A stretch of 64,000 nucleotides of DNA from the NCBI GenBank assembly GCA_964016885.1, contig OZ024744.1, forward strand, positions 117,304,001 to 117,368,000. The letters are read 5' to 3'. The position numbers and the translations under genes are program-made. Below, one piece after another: positions 13,230 to 23,636 of this stretch. The notes below the pieces were generated by a model. The model was given only the letters and a program-made list of their open reading frames with translations, was not told the DNA's origin and did no database searches. Position 1 is the stretch's first letter, and every line of letters begins with the position of its first letter. The DNA is from Eledone cirrhosa. Lineage: Eukaryota.

Positions 13230-13233
13230 ACAA
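10414..13233 (-). CDS. RTE ORF: APE endonuclease (N-terminally truncated) + reverse transcriptase + PHD-like finger
   Basis: AYAPQ, GDLNGHVG, QVDYIL, QHR (APE); NYRGIKL, FVDLEKAFDRVP, GVHQGSVLSPLLF, YADD, FRYLG (RT); RLRWYGHV..GRPRKTW (RTE C-terminus); the start codon is not a real initiator. Confidence 0.95.
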   Translation of the reverse strand: MWADKIIDVNRVNDRIIKIRLVLNRTTVTVISAYAPQSGLPGTIKDRFYETLMLTTSQISDSDYIIIAGDLNGHVGQHCDGYDEIHGGYGFGTRNEEGSRILEFCDANNLTICNTNFKKRDNHLITYRSGEHTSQVDYILTRRRDRVSVVNTKSLPHEECTSQHRLIISDLIVRTRRTRQQKRTILRRKIWKLKDPTARNKFQSILLDAFDSKEEHLESDNIEGEWEFLKANLLLATDEVCGWSRPVGRRRVTWWWNSKVEGSIKAKKQAWKVWRDGGSREDYQVARREARRQVYLARREAEERKFKHVLQRDDQKREVFRIARQCVKENRDIVGEKCVLNDDGTLAITDADKKVAWKCHYERLLNEENNWEKGSLPHIDPIEGPAVLVEGSIISKAIKDMKTGKAAGPSEIVAEMLKASGTVGHTMVTRIVNQVVQNGVVPKDWHSSIIVNCYKGKGDALDRSNYRGIKLIDQVMKVTERVIAQLIRERIDLDEMQFGFVSGKSTTDALFIVRQLQEKYLAKGKPLYLAFVDLEKAFDRVPRSIIWWALRKLGVDEWLVRAIQAMYKETVSKVRINNEYSEEFSVKVGVHQGSVLSPLLFIIALQAITEEFKTGCPWELLYADDLTLIAESMAELEKKFQTWKHGLESKGLKINLAKTKVLVCRKENKAAVPSGKWSCSVCRKGVGRNSILCPKCKVWVHKRCSGITGKLTKNIDFTCGRCSGAISSSKCPQTTSSFNCAEGSIEIVDSFRYLGDKISSGGGCSESTVARVRTGWKKFRELIPLLAAKGFSLKMKGRLYDACIRTAMLHGSETWALCAEDIRRLERNEACMLRWMCNSNIRERQSINELRKKLEIRGIRCCLLERRLRWYGHVMRMKVDSCITKCRAIKIDGSHGIGRPRKTWDELINSDITHLHLSKTMSLDRDLWRYSVTEKTRLT

Positions 13234-13247
13234 TAATAATAAGATTA

Positions 13248-13535
13248 ATTGTTTCTACTTTAGGCACAAGTCCAGCAATTACCCAGTACATTACTGGTAC
13301 TTTATTTCATCGACCCCGTAAGGATGAAAGGCAAAGTCAACCTCAGCGGGATAATTGTTTCTACTTTAGGCACAAGGCCAGCAATTACCCAGTGCATTAC
13401 TGGTACTTTATTTTATCGACCCCGTAAGGATGAAAGGCAAAGTCAACCTCGGCGGGATTTGAACTCAGACTGTAAAGGGACGTAACTATGCTGGAAAGCA
13501 TGGCGTCCGACCCTCTACCGATACTGCCAATTCAG
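13248..13535 (-). mobile_element. SINE family 1 with duplicated 3' half
   Basis: A box TGGCAGTATCGG and B box on the minus strand; core repeated. Confidence 0.9.
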
Positions 13536-13589
13536 TAATAATAGTTGTAGCAGTAGTTGCAGTGATGAGGGGATAGCTACAACTACAGC

Positions 13590-14040
13590 TACCGGTAGAG
13601 GGTTGGACGCCATGCTTTCCAGCATAGTTACGTCCCTTTACGATCTGAGTTCAAATCCCGCCGAGGTTGACTTTGCCTTTCATCCTTACGGGGTAGATAT
13701 AATAAAGTACCAGTAATATACTGGGTAATTGCTGGACTGAGTTCAAATCCCGCCGAGGTTGACTTTGCCTTTCATCCTTACGGGGTCGATGAAATAAAGT
13801 ACCAGTAATGTACTGGGTAATTGCTGGACTGAGTTCAAATCCCGCCGAGGTTGACTTTGCCTTTCATCCTTACGGGGTCGATGAAATAAAGTACCAGTAA
13901 TGTACTGGGTAATTGCTGGACTGAGTTCAAATCCCGCCGAGGTTGACTTTGCCTTTCATCCTTACGGGGTCGATAAAATAAAGTACCAGTAATGCACTGG
14001 GTAATTGCTGGCCTTGTGCCTAAAGTAGAAACAATTATTA
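13590..14040 (+). mobile_element. SINE family 1 with ~92-bp internal unit repeated four times
   Basis: ctgagttcaaatcccgccgagg...gctgga recurring; head-to-head with the previous copy. Confidence 0.9.
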
Positions 14041-14108
14041 TTGTTGTTGTTTTCATTTATGTTATTCTGCCATTCTCCCATAAATACTAGCGCACTGTGT
14101 CAGATCAA

Positions 14109-14198
14109 TATTCTGACGACTTGGTCAGGTATCAACTGTAATTAAGGTCGAGTGACGCAACTTTTAGTCATACCGGACTAATGAAACAATTGTTAATA
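14109..14198 (+). ncRNA. Type I hammerhead ribozyme motif
   Basis: TATT-CTGACGA-[ttggtc.ggtat...atacc.gactaa]-GAAAC-AATT-GTT-AATA. Confidence 0.75.
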
Positions 14199-14535
14199 CT
14201 GGAAATAACTCTATTGAACAGCCGACCATGTTATTCTTCATTCTTTCACTACTATTACTCCAAGAATAACCTACATGGGAATTCCCGCAAACTCGTTACC
14301 TAAGGAAACTTCTTGTTGAGTCAAACAACACCGTACGTTAAAACTATCCATAGTACAGAGTACTCACAACCTCTAGCTGGATTACCTTAAACTATACCTT
14401 GTTATCTTATATATATTCATATATATGTATTTATATATTTTCTTTCTTATGTATATTTTCCGTTAATTTTATAACCTCACTTTCAATTTTAATAGATTTT
14501 CAATCTCATTTCATATTTTCACATATTCATAGCCC

Positions 14536-14603
14536 CTCCATCTGATGAGCAAACTAGACGTATGTTAATATTGTCTAGAGTCCTGAAACCTTTGCTAATG
14601 GAG
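14536..14603 (+). ncRNA. Hammerhead motif with mutated cleavage triplet (CUA)
   Basis: CTCCAT-CTGATGA-[ctagac...gtctag]-GAAAC-CTTTG-CTA-ATGGAG. Confidence 0.65.
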
Positions 14604-14779
14604 TAGTTATATAGTGTGTTGTTCACTTTCTAATTAAATAGCTCTGTTCTAAACATAGAGCACTCTTTTTTCTTTGCTTTTTCTTTGGAAATATTTAATT
14701 TATATATATTCATGTTTTTACATTTATATATATATATATTCTCATATTTATATATATTTATATATATAAATATATTCTC

Positions 14780-16290
14780 ATAAATTGCTACAAAGGTAAA
14801 GGGGGTGCTCTGGAGAGGAGCAATTATAGGGGTATAAAACTGATAGATCAGGTTATGAAAGTGGCAGAAAGGATATTAGCACAACTAATTAGAGAAAGGG
14901 TCAAACTAGATGAGATGCAGTTTGGTTTTGTGCCTGGCAAGAGCACAACAGATGCCCTCTTCTTGGTGAGACAATTGCAAGAGAGGTTCTTAGAGAAGAA
15001 TAAGCCACTATACTTAGCCTTTGTTGACCTAGAGAAGGCCTTTCATAGGGTACCCCGATCTGTCATCTGGTGGTCCCTAAGGAAAATAGGTGTTGAGGAA
15101 TGGCTTGTGAGGACAGTGCAAACTTTGTACAGAGGTACTGTCAGTAAAGTCAGGGTAGGAATGGAGTTTAGTGAGGAGTTCCAGATACAAGTAGGAGTAC
15201 ATCAAGGTTCGGTCCTCAGCCCGCTCTTGTTCATTATAGTCCTCCAAGCCATAACAGAGGAGTTTAAGACTGGATGCCCATGGAAACTTCTCTATACTGA
15301 CGATCTGGTACTTATAGCAGAATCAGTAGAGGAGCTAGAGAATAAATTCTGGCTATGGAAACAGCAGTTGGAAGCAAGAAGACTGAGGGTGAACCTAGCT
15401 AAGACAAATGTGTTGATGAGTAGAAAAGAGGACAAAGCTCTGATTCTGTCAGGGAAATGGCCATGTTCGATATGAAGGAAAGGAACTGGCATAAATTCTA
15501 TAAAATGTACGCAATGCAGATCTTGGGTACACAAGAGATGTAGCGGGATAGCAGGCAAACTAACAGGTAAGGAAAACTACATATGCAGTAGATGTTCAGG
15601 GAAATTTGACAGTAGTAATCGCAGTGATAGACACATTTTTCAAATGCAGGTGGGTTCTATAGAAGTGGTTGATAGCTTCCGGTACCTAGGTGATCAGATT
15701 AGCGGGGGGGGGGGGGGGGGGGGTCCGAGGCCATAGTATTTAGAATGATGGGTTGGAAGAAGTTTAGGGAGCTGCTTCCTCTGCTGATGAAGAAGGGTTT
15801 CTCCCTGCGTAAGAAAGGCCGGTTGTATGATGCCTGTGTGAGGAGCGCGATGCTACATGGTAGTGAGACATGGACAGCAACTGCAGAGGATATGCGACGG
15901 CTGGAGAGAAATGAGGCAAGCATGTTCCGTTGGATGTGCAATGTCAATGTGCGTGAACGACCCAGCATGAATGTGTTGAGAGAGAAACTGTGTCTGAGAG
16001 GGATAGAATGTAGTGTACGGGAGAGGAGACTGAGGTGATATAGACATGTGATGCGCATGGAGGATGACCGATGGGTGAAGAAGTGCCAGGAAATGCCAGT
16101 TGAAGGAAGACGTGATAGAGGTAGACCACGAAAAACATGGGCGGAGGTGGTGAGAGTTGACTTCAGATCGCTGAAGTTCACGGTGGAGATGACGAAGGAC
16201 CGTGACAAGTGGAGAGATGCTGTGCTGAATAAAACCCATGCCACCCTTGCAAGCAGGGAAAAGCGGACATAAAATGATGATGATGATGAT
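14780..16290 (+). mobile_element. RTE LINE family B, 5'-truncated, degenerate
   Basis: RT motifs (YTDD), PHD-like segment ~15460-15600, C-terminus ...TLASREKRT* directly followed by (ATG)n. Confidence 0.95.
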
Positions 16291-16699
16291 ATATATATAT
16301 ATATTTTTGTGTAGATATTTATATACATTTGTATCTATATATATATATAACTATTGGTGCTCTGTCTGAAATAGTGATGTATACATGAATGTATGTATAG
16401 TATATTTGGCAATATACCATATGTTTAATTAAAAACATTTTGAAGACCATTCGTTATGAGTTTTTAAGTCGTGACTATGTCACTTAATTATTCTCGGCAA
16501 AAGCAAAGAACAGTGATCAGTAGTCCTGTTTCTCACTCCTTTGCTTGTGCCAAGGGTTATAGAAGCTGGATTCTTATAGAATTCCAGTAATATTTAAGAG
16601 CTGATTAAACAGCGTGGTTGCCGGTCCAGCAAAAATTGATAAACACTAATGAATGAAAAACAGGACTGTCGATCAATACACAAATATATATATATATAT

Positions 16700-17218
16700 C
16701 ATCATCATCATCATTTTATGTCTGCTTTTCCCTGCTTGCAAGGGTGGGATGGGTCTTATTCAGCATCTCTCTACTTGTCACGGTCCTTCGTCATCTCTAC
16801 CATGAGCTTCAGCGATCTGAAGTCAACTCTCACCACCCCGTCCATGTTTTTCGTCATCTACCTCTATTGCGTCTTCCTTCAACTGGAATTTCCTGGCACT
16901 TCTTCACCCATCGGTTATCCTCCATGCACATCACATGTCCATACCACCTCAGTCTCCTCTCTTGCACACTACCATCTATCCCTCTCAGACACAGTTTCTC
17001 TCTCAACACATTCATTTACACTGCACATCCAACGGAGCATGCTTGCCTCATTTCTCTCCAGCCGTCGCATATCCTCTGCAGTTGCTGCCCATGTCTCACT
17101 ACCATGCAGCATTGCGCTCCTCACACAGGCATCATATAACCGGCCTTTCGTATGCAGGGAGAAACCCTTCTTCGTCAGCAGAGGAAGCAGCTCCCTAAAC
17201 TTCTTCCAACCCGTCCTT
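16700..17218 (-). mobile_element. RTE family B 3' fragment
   Basis: GWKKFRELLPLL...RLYDACVRSAMLHGSETW; (ATG)n tail. Confidence 0.9.
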
Positions 17219-17604
17219 ATATACTTATACGGTATATTGCCAAATATACTATACATTCATTCATGTATACATTTTGGAGCACCAATACTAATACCTAATT
17301 TTTCTGGACCGTCCCAGATGAGGTTTCTATATAAGAACCTTATATTAAGTTACTATCTTAATAATGAAATAATTAATAATTTTAGTAAATCTCTCAAAAT
17401 TTTTCCTTAATTAAACAAGATTGACTGCATTTTATTATAAGTATGGCTGTAAAATTGTTAATTAAGCTGAGTCCTTATTAGTGAAAAGATACCAAGGTAT
17501 ATCAGAATGTAGGACTATGTATATATACATACGGTACCCTCCCAGTCACATCTTTTTCTCAGTCCTAATGTTGTTATGTGTGTGTATTTATATATCATCA
17601 TCAT

Positions 17605-17745
17605 CATTTTACATCCGCTTTTTCCTGCTTGTAAGGGTGGGATGGGTCCTAATTAAGCACAGAATTTCTCCATTCGTCATGGTTCTTCATCATCTCCTCT
17701 GTGAGCTTCAGTGATCTGAGGTCAGTTCTCACCACCTCCGCCCTT
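17605..17745 (-). mobile_element. RTE family B short 3' fragment
   Basis: Similar to 16140-16290 in reverse. Confidence 0.8.
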
Positions 17746-17993
17746 GTTTGGTCTAAAACTGTTTCATTCCAAGTAAATCATTAGCAAAGCCATTTCTATA
17801 TTAAATATTTATACCCCCGATTGAACTTGGGATACACACACACACATATATATGTATATAAACAGTCTGGAACTAACTGTCAAAATGGCAAGTACTCAGC
17901 CATTGGGCCCTTACACTTTATAATATATATATATATATATATATACACACAATGATATTAAATAAATGGAAACTATATTTATAAAACCATATT

Positions 17994-18054
17994 TATTCTA
18001 TTATATATATTTCAAGGGTTCCAAAACTTTGGTACGCTCTCATCAGATAAAATA
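17994..18054 (-). ncRNA. Type I hammerhead ribozyme motif (intact core)
   Basis: TATTTTAT-CTGATGA-stem II-GAAAT-ATAT-ATA-ATAGAATA; 8-bp stem I; palindromic stem III. Confidence 0.85.
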
Positions 18055-18239
18055 CAAAGTTTTTTTTATAAATATTGACATATCCAGGAAGAAGAACTTA
18101 ACGGTTCAAGTTTTTTTCCTGTCGAGTGCTTCGAATCAGTTATAAACATATATATTTGTTGAATTACCAACAAATTAAATATCCCTTTTGCTTTTGCTTA
18201 TATATATACACACACACACATGCACCTTTGCCTCTGTTT

Positions 18240-18990
18240 ATCATCATCATCATCATCATCAACGTTTAACGTCCGTGTTCCACGCTTGCATGGGTTTGGA
18301 CGGGGGTTTTCCCACTTGAGGCAAGAGTGGTTGTGTTGCTCGCATAGGACTGTCTGGCAGGTTTTCTACAGCTGGATGCCCTTCCTAACACCAACCACAT
18401 TTACAGTGTGGTGCTGGGAGGTTTTTACCGCGTTGCCTACACGGCCACATTACAGCGTGGACTGTCTGGCGGGTTTTCTACAGCTGGATGCCCTTCCTAA
18501 CACCAACCACATTTACAGTGTGGGGCTGGGAGGTTTTTACCGTGTTGCCTACACGGCCACATTACAGCGTGGACTGTGTCTACACGATCTCATTTGTTTC
18601 GGCCTGGATGTTGTGGCACCAACATAACTTTACATTGAAGGGCGGTGTGGATGGGGAGGGGGGTGGTAGGACGGGGGTGTATTTTGTTAGAGATGCCTAC
18701 TGGCTGTAGTAGGTTTTACTTTGTATTTAGGTAAGGCGGGTCTTCTCTATTACTGAGTACCGCCAAAGGTCTCGGTCCAGTGACATTGTCTTGGAGAGGT
18801 GTAAGTGTGTGAGGTCAGAATTTATCAGCTCGTCCCAGGTTTTTCTGGGTCTGCCTACTCTGTAGCTACCGTCTATCTTTATTGCCCTGCACTTTGTTAT
18901 ACAGCTGTCGTCTTTCATGCGCATCACGTGACCATACCAACATAGCCTTCTCTCGAGTAAACAACATCTGATCCCTCTTATTTCTAATTT
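18240..18990 (-). mobile_element. RTE family A 3' fragment
   Basis: Near-identical to 10020-10680, with a duplicated UTR segment. Confidence 0.95.
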
Positions 18991-19004
18991 ATATATATAT
19001 ATAT

Positions 19005-19343
19005 CATCATCATCATTATTTTACGTCCACTTTTTCCCTGCTTGCAAGGGTGGGATGGGAACTGATTCTGGCTTGATTTCTACAGCTGGATGCCCTTCCT
19101 AACACCAACCTCATTTACAGTGAGTGCTGGGTGCTTTTTTTGCCATGGCGCCTCCACGTCCACTTTGCAGTGGAATGATAGGGACCTCAGTCCCTATCAT
19201 CTCATTTCTACAGCTGAGTAAACTGGAGCAATGTGAAATAAAGTGTCTTGCTCAAGTAAACAACACATCACCCGGTCTGAGAATTGAACTCACAACCTTT
19301 CGATTGCAAGGCCAATGCTCTAACCACTAAGCCATGTGCCTCC
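19005..19343 (-). mobile_element. tRNA-derived SINE family 2 (CORE/V-like body, RTE tail)
   Basis: A box TGGCTTAGTGG, B box GAGTTCAATTC, ttgagcaagacacttta core, RTE-type tail with (ATG)n. Confidence 0.9.
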
Positions 19344-19547
19344 ATATATACATGCATATTTGCCTCTGTGTGTATGTACATATATATATATATATATATG
19401 TGAGTGTATATATATATATATATGCAATCAGGGTGTATGACTACATTACATTAGACTGGGTCGGTGATATTAAAGTAGGAGTGTTGTAGTGATGGAGGGT
19501 GTAGATAGACCAAGGTTGTTTCATATGGGAGTGGCTGTGAGAGAGTA

Positions 19548-20022
19548 GTGATGGCGGTGGTGGGGTGGTGGTGGTGGTGGCAGCAACAGTGGTGGTGGTG
19601 GCAGTTGTAGTAGTACTAGTTGTGGTGGTGGTAGCAGTAGTAGTGGTGGTGGTGGTGGCAGTAGTAGTAGTGGTGGTGGTGGCAGCAGTAGTAGTAGTAG
19701 TGGTGGTGGTGGTGGTGGTGGTGGCAACAGTAGTAGTAGTGGTGGTGGTGGTGGCAGCAGTAGTAGTGGTGGTGGTGGTGGTGGTGGTGGCAACAGTAGT
19801 AGTAGTAGTGGTGGTGGTGGCAGCAGTAGTAGTGGTGGTGGTGGTGGTGGTGGCGGTGGCAGCAGTAGTAGTAGTAGTGGTGGTGGTGGTGGTAGCAGTA
19901 GTAGTAGTGGTGGTAGTGGTGGTGGTGGTGGTGGTGGTGGTGGTGGTGGTGGCAGCAGTAGTAGTAGTAGTGGTGGTGGTGGTGGTGGTGGCAACAGTAG
20001 TAGTAGTAGTGGTGGTGGCAGC

Positions 20023-20055
<33 letters not shown>

Positions 20056-20370
20056 GGTGGTGGCAGCAGTAGTAGTGGTGGTGGTGGTGGTGGTGGTGGT
20101 GGTGGCAACAGTAGTAGTAGTAGTGGTGGTGGTGGCAGCAGTAGTAGTGGTGGTGGTGGTGGTGGTGGCGGTGGCAGCAGTAGTAGTAGTAGTAGTGGTG
20201 GCAGCAGTAGTAGTAGTGGTGGTGGTGGTGGTGGTAGCAGTAGTAGTAGTGGTGGTAGTGGTGGTGGTGGTGGTGGTGGTGGTGGTGGTGGTGGTGGCAG
20301 CAGTAGTAGTAGTAGTAGTGGTGGCAGCAGTAGTAGTAGTGGTGGTGGTGGCAGTAGTAGTAGTAGCAGC
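19548..20370. repeat. Compound (GTG/GTA/GCA)n trinucleotide array with higher-order blocks
   Basis: Direct reading. Confidence 0.95.
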
Positions 20371-20673
20371 ATCAGTTGCAGCAAGAGGTGTAGTATGAGG
20401 TGACATACAATGTCTAACAGGAAGTGCAGTGACAACAGCTAAAGTGAAGTAGCTGCAACTATTAACTCTTTCTGTAGAAACAACATTTCTGTTGTTGTTG
20501 TTGTTGTTGCTGGTGGGTTTATTTTTCACTGTTTAAAGTTGTTGTTGTTGTTGTTTTCTCTACTGTGAATGTAGGAATAGTTTTTTTTATTTTTATTTTT
20601 TAGTTCTTGTCTGTTTTTTTGCTCATTAAAAATTATTTGATGAATTTATTTGATAAATTTAACATCAAAATAG

Positions 20674-21421
20674 GGCGATATCCAATGTTAGCTGTCTAAA
20701 TGCCGCTTAGTTGCTGCTTACTTCAATGTATGAGGCTATTCCAACAAATTTACATTCCCCCTTTTTTTAGCCGTTAAAAGAAATATAGATTTATTTATTT
20801 TTTTTTTTTTTGCGATTTATTTGCCACTGGGGCATAGATTTCTTTATTTGCCCCTTTTTTGTTTGTTTGTTTTTTTGCGATTTATTAGCCTTTTGGGGTC
20901 ACACACACCCCCGTAGAAAGTGTGCGACCTTTCTGCCAGGGAGTACAGAGAGAGGGGGGTGCTCCCTTCTTCTCTTACCTGTACAAGCCGATATAGAGAG
21001 ATGGCCCACTTACACGGGCCATTATTGCTACTTTCACCCGAAAAAGGCACTCAGTCCCAGCCAATTCCATGAAAGATGGGTGAAAGTAGCAATAATGGCC
21101 CGTGTAAGTGGGCCATCTCTCTATATCGGCTTGTACAGGTAAGAGAAGAAGGGAGCACCCCCCCCTCTCTCTGTGCTCCCTGGCAGAAAGGTCGCACACT
21201 TTCTACGGGGGTGTGTGTGACCCCAAAAGGCTAATAAATCGCAAAAAAACAAACAAACAAAAAAGGGGCAAATAAAGAAATCGCAAAAAAATAAAAATAA
21301 ATAAATCTATATTTCTTTTAACGGCTAAAAAAAAGGGGAATGTAAATTTGTTGGAATAGCCTCATACATTGAAGTAAGCAGCAACTAAGCGGCATTTAGA
21401 CAGCTAACATTGGATATCGCC
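20674..21421. mobile_element. Fold-back non-autonomous DNA transposon (Merlin-like MITE)
   Basis: ~350-365-bp near-perfect TIRs starting GGCGATATCC, 38-bp spacer (21040-21077), 8-bp TSD caaaatag (20666-20673 / 21422-21429). Confidence 0.85.
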
Positions 21422-21547
21422 CAAAATAGAGAGGAAAGAAAAATAGATTTCTAACGTGTGTTGTTGTTTAACGTTAGTTCAGTCCAGATCAGGCGAGAAT
21501 AGAAGACAAAAACAGCCGGAGAAGACTTGAAATGAAAGACATTTCAA

Positions 21548-21730
21548 TAATTGTTTCTATTTTAGGCACAAGGCCAGCAATTACCCAGTACATTACTGGT
21601 AATTTATTTTATCGACCCCGTAAGGATGAAAGGCAAAGTTAACCTCGGCGGGATTTGAACTCAGATCATAAAGGGACGTAACTCTATGCATCAAAGCATG
21701 GTGTCCGACTCTCTACCGATACTGCCAATC
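21548..21730 (-). mobile_element. SINE family 1
   Basis: Full A/B box, core and tail. Confidence 0.9.
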
Positions 21731-22209
21731 ATGACCATCCCATCTATATATGTGTGTGCACTGTGTGTACAAGTTTGGTAGAAATATCCAAGGCTAAGAG
21801 CATTCAATCCATAGGACTAATTAAGTATAATTAGTTACAAATGTGACATATACACACACACATATATATGTATATATGTGTGTACCTAGCTTTTGAAACA
21901 GTGACACACACATACACACATATATATATATGTACCTATCTGTTGAAACAGCAAGAGCTCAGCCGTTGGGGGCCCGACTTTTTATAACATACACAATAAG
22001 CAAACCCAGAGTGGAAACATGAACAAAATGAGACACCATTGTATTATTTGTGGACAGCTGTTTCACAGGCTTTCAGGACTTATAATCCATTTCAGATCTC
22101 ATGCCAGGAAGGAATAGACATAGTGCCAGAAGTGGTCAAACTATATATGGAGCAGATGACCTTCATTCACACATACATACACACACATATATATATATAT
22201 ATTTATGTG

Positions 22210-22239
<30 letters not shown>

Positions 22240-22240
<1 letters not shown>

Positions 22241-23389
22241 CATTATCTATAAAGGGCGGTGAATTGGCAGTATCGGTAGAGGGTTGGACGCCATGTTTTG
22301 ATGCATAGAGTTACGGCCCTTGCCATTCTGAGTTCAAATCCCGCCTAGGTTAACTTTGCCTTTCATCCTTACGGGGTCGATAAAATAAAGTACCAGTAAT
22401 GCACTTGGATAATTGCTGGCCTTGTGCCAAAAGTAGAAAAAATTATCTATAAAAGACAGATTGTTGTTGTTGTTGTGTGTGTGCATGTTCAATGTTTATA
22501 CATTTGCACAATTTCAAACCGATTCGACTCAAAGTCTGTAAGAATGTTGTAAACTTAGGTCAACTATTATTTATTTCATTCATACTCACCCACAATTACG
22601 GAAATAATCGATAAAACTAAATACATGACGCTTTTCCCCTCTAATACAATCAGATTCCCTCTCTCCACTCCCCTTAAACTTTAAGAGAGAGAGAGTGAGA
22701 GAGAGAACGCTTGTTTTTGAGTGTGGAAAGGACAAACATTTATTTACTTCAATGACAAAGAGAACTTATTACATTTCATACGAAACAACAATTATTCAAA
22801 AGCAACAGATAAATTTATTCAACAACAAAAAAATAGCGATAAATCTTTTTTAAAACATCTATCAACGAACGTGGAAGAAAGAAGTATCAGTTCATTTACT
22901 ATACACAATAATATCCTCTATGAGGTCACTAAATCTGCTAGAAACAGCAGCTAACTCTCCCCCATATCACACCACTCCCTACGGTCTTAAATTTAGAAAA
23001 CATATCCTCTATGAGGTCACTAAACCTGCTAGAAACAGCAGCTAACTCTCCCACATATTACACCCCTCCCTACTGTCTTAAATTTAGAAAACACACATAG
23101 ACAACCATGCAGAACAACTCCATCGCAGCTCTGTTGTTCAGCTGGCATTGTCTATTCGTGTGTTGCGCAAGTACTGAGAAACAATAAATTTCAACACTTC
23201 TTTGCACAGAGATAATATCCATAGGCGAAACTACAATTGTCACTGCTGGCGCAGCTCCTGCTTCGGCAGACCAGGTCTGCAATTCATTCACCCAGTGCCT
23301 GGCCAACAAAAAAGTGCTGCCATAAAATGGGTGGTGCAACCTAACTTTGGTAACTTACTGACCCCGAGCAACGCCGGACTTTAATGTTA

Positions 23390-23390
<1 letters not shown>
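22240..23390 (+). mobile_element. Probable non-autonomous Helitron interrupted by a SINE near its 5' end
   Basis: 5' A|TC..tctataaaa followed by a (GTT/GT)n tract; 3' GC hairpin ccgagcaacgccgg ~10 nt before TTAG|T (CTAG variant); no TSD. Confidence 0.55.
22254..22441 (+). mobile_element. SINE family 1, full length
   Basis: 12-bp TSD attatctataaa (22242-22253 / 22442-22453). Confidence 0.95.
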
Positions 23391-23416
<26 letters not shown>

Positions 23417-23421
<5 letters not shown>

Positions 23422-23557
23422 GTAGTAACACAACAGTTAGTTCACCGTCAGTCTGAGCTGATGGTGAACGAACTATCTGTTGTGTTACTACTTCTACCAA
23501 ACTCGTCCCATGGACTGAGTGCTCTACCTCTACAGACATTACCTTCCAGTGTTCTAC

Positions 23558-23560
<3 letters not shown>
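23417..23560 (+). mobile_element. Short Penelope-family 3' end with inverted 5' duplication (80-bp hairpin)
   Basis: atggtgaac..ctgttgtgttactacttctacc..ctgagtgctctacc matches 4404-4487. Confidence 0.8.
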
Positions 23561-23590
<30 letters not shown>

Positions 23591-23600
23591 AGTATATATT

Positions 23601-23634
<34 letters not shown>

Positions 23635-23636
<2 letters not shown>

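Noticed and set aside
19441-20529. 362-aa poly-Thr mucin-like ORF (and the poly-Pro/Leu and poly-Val frames)
   Set aside because: These are open frames produced by a trinucleotide array; there is no signal peptide, unique domain or convincing splice context.
22254-22345. tRNA gene candidates at A/B-box sequences
   Set aside because: They continue into SINE core and tail with TSDs and lack a proper cloverleaf; they are SINE heads.
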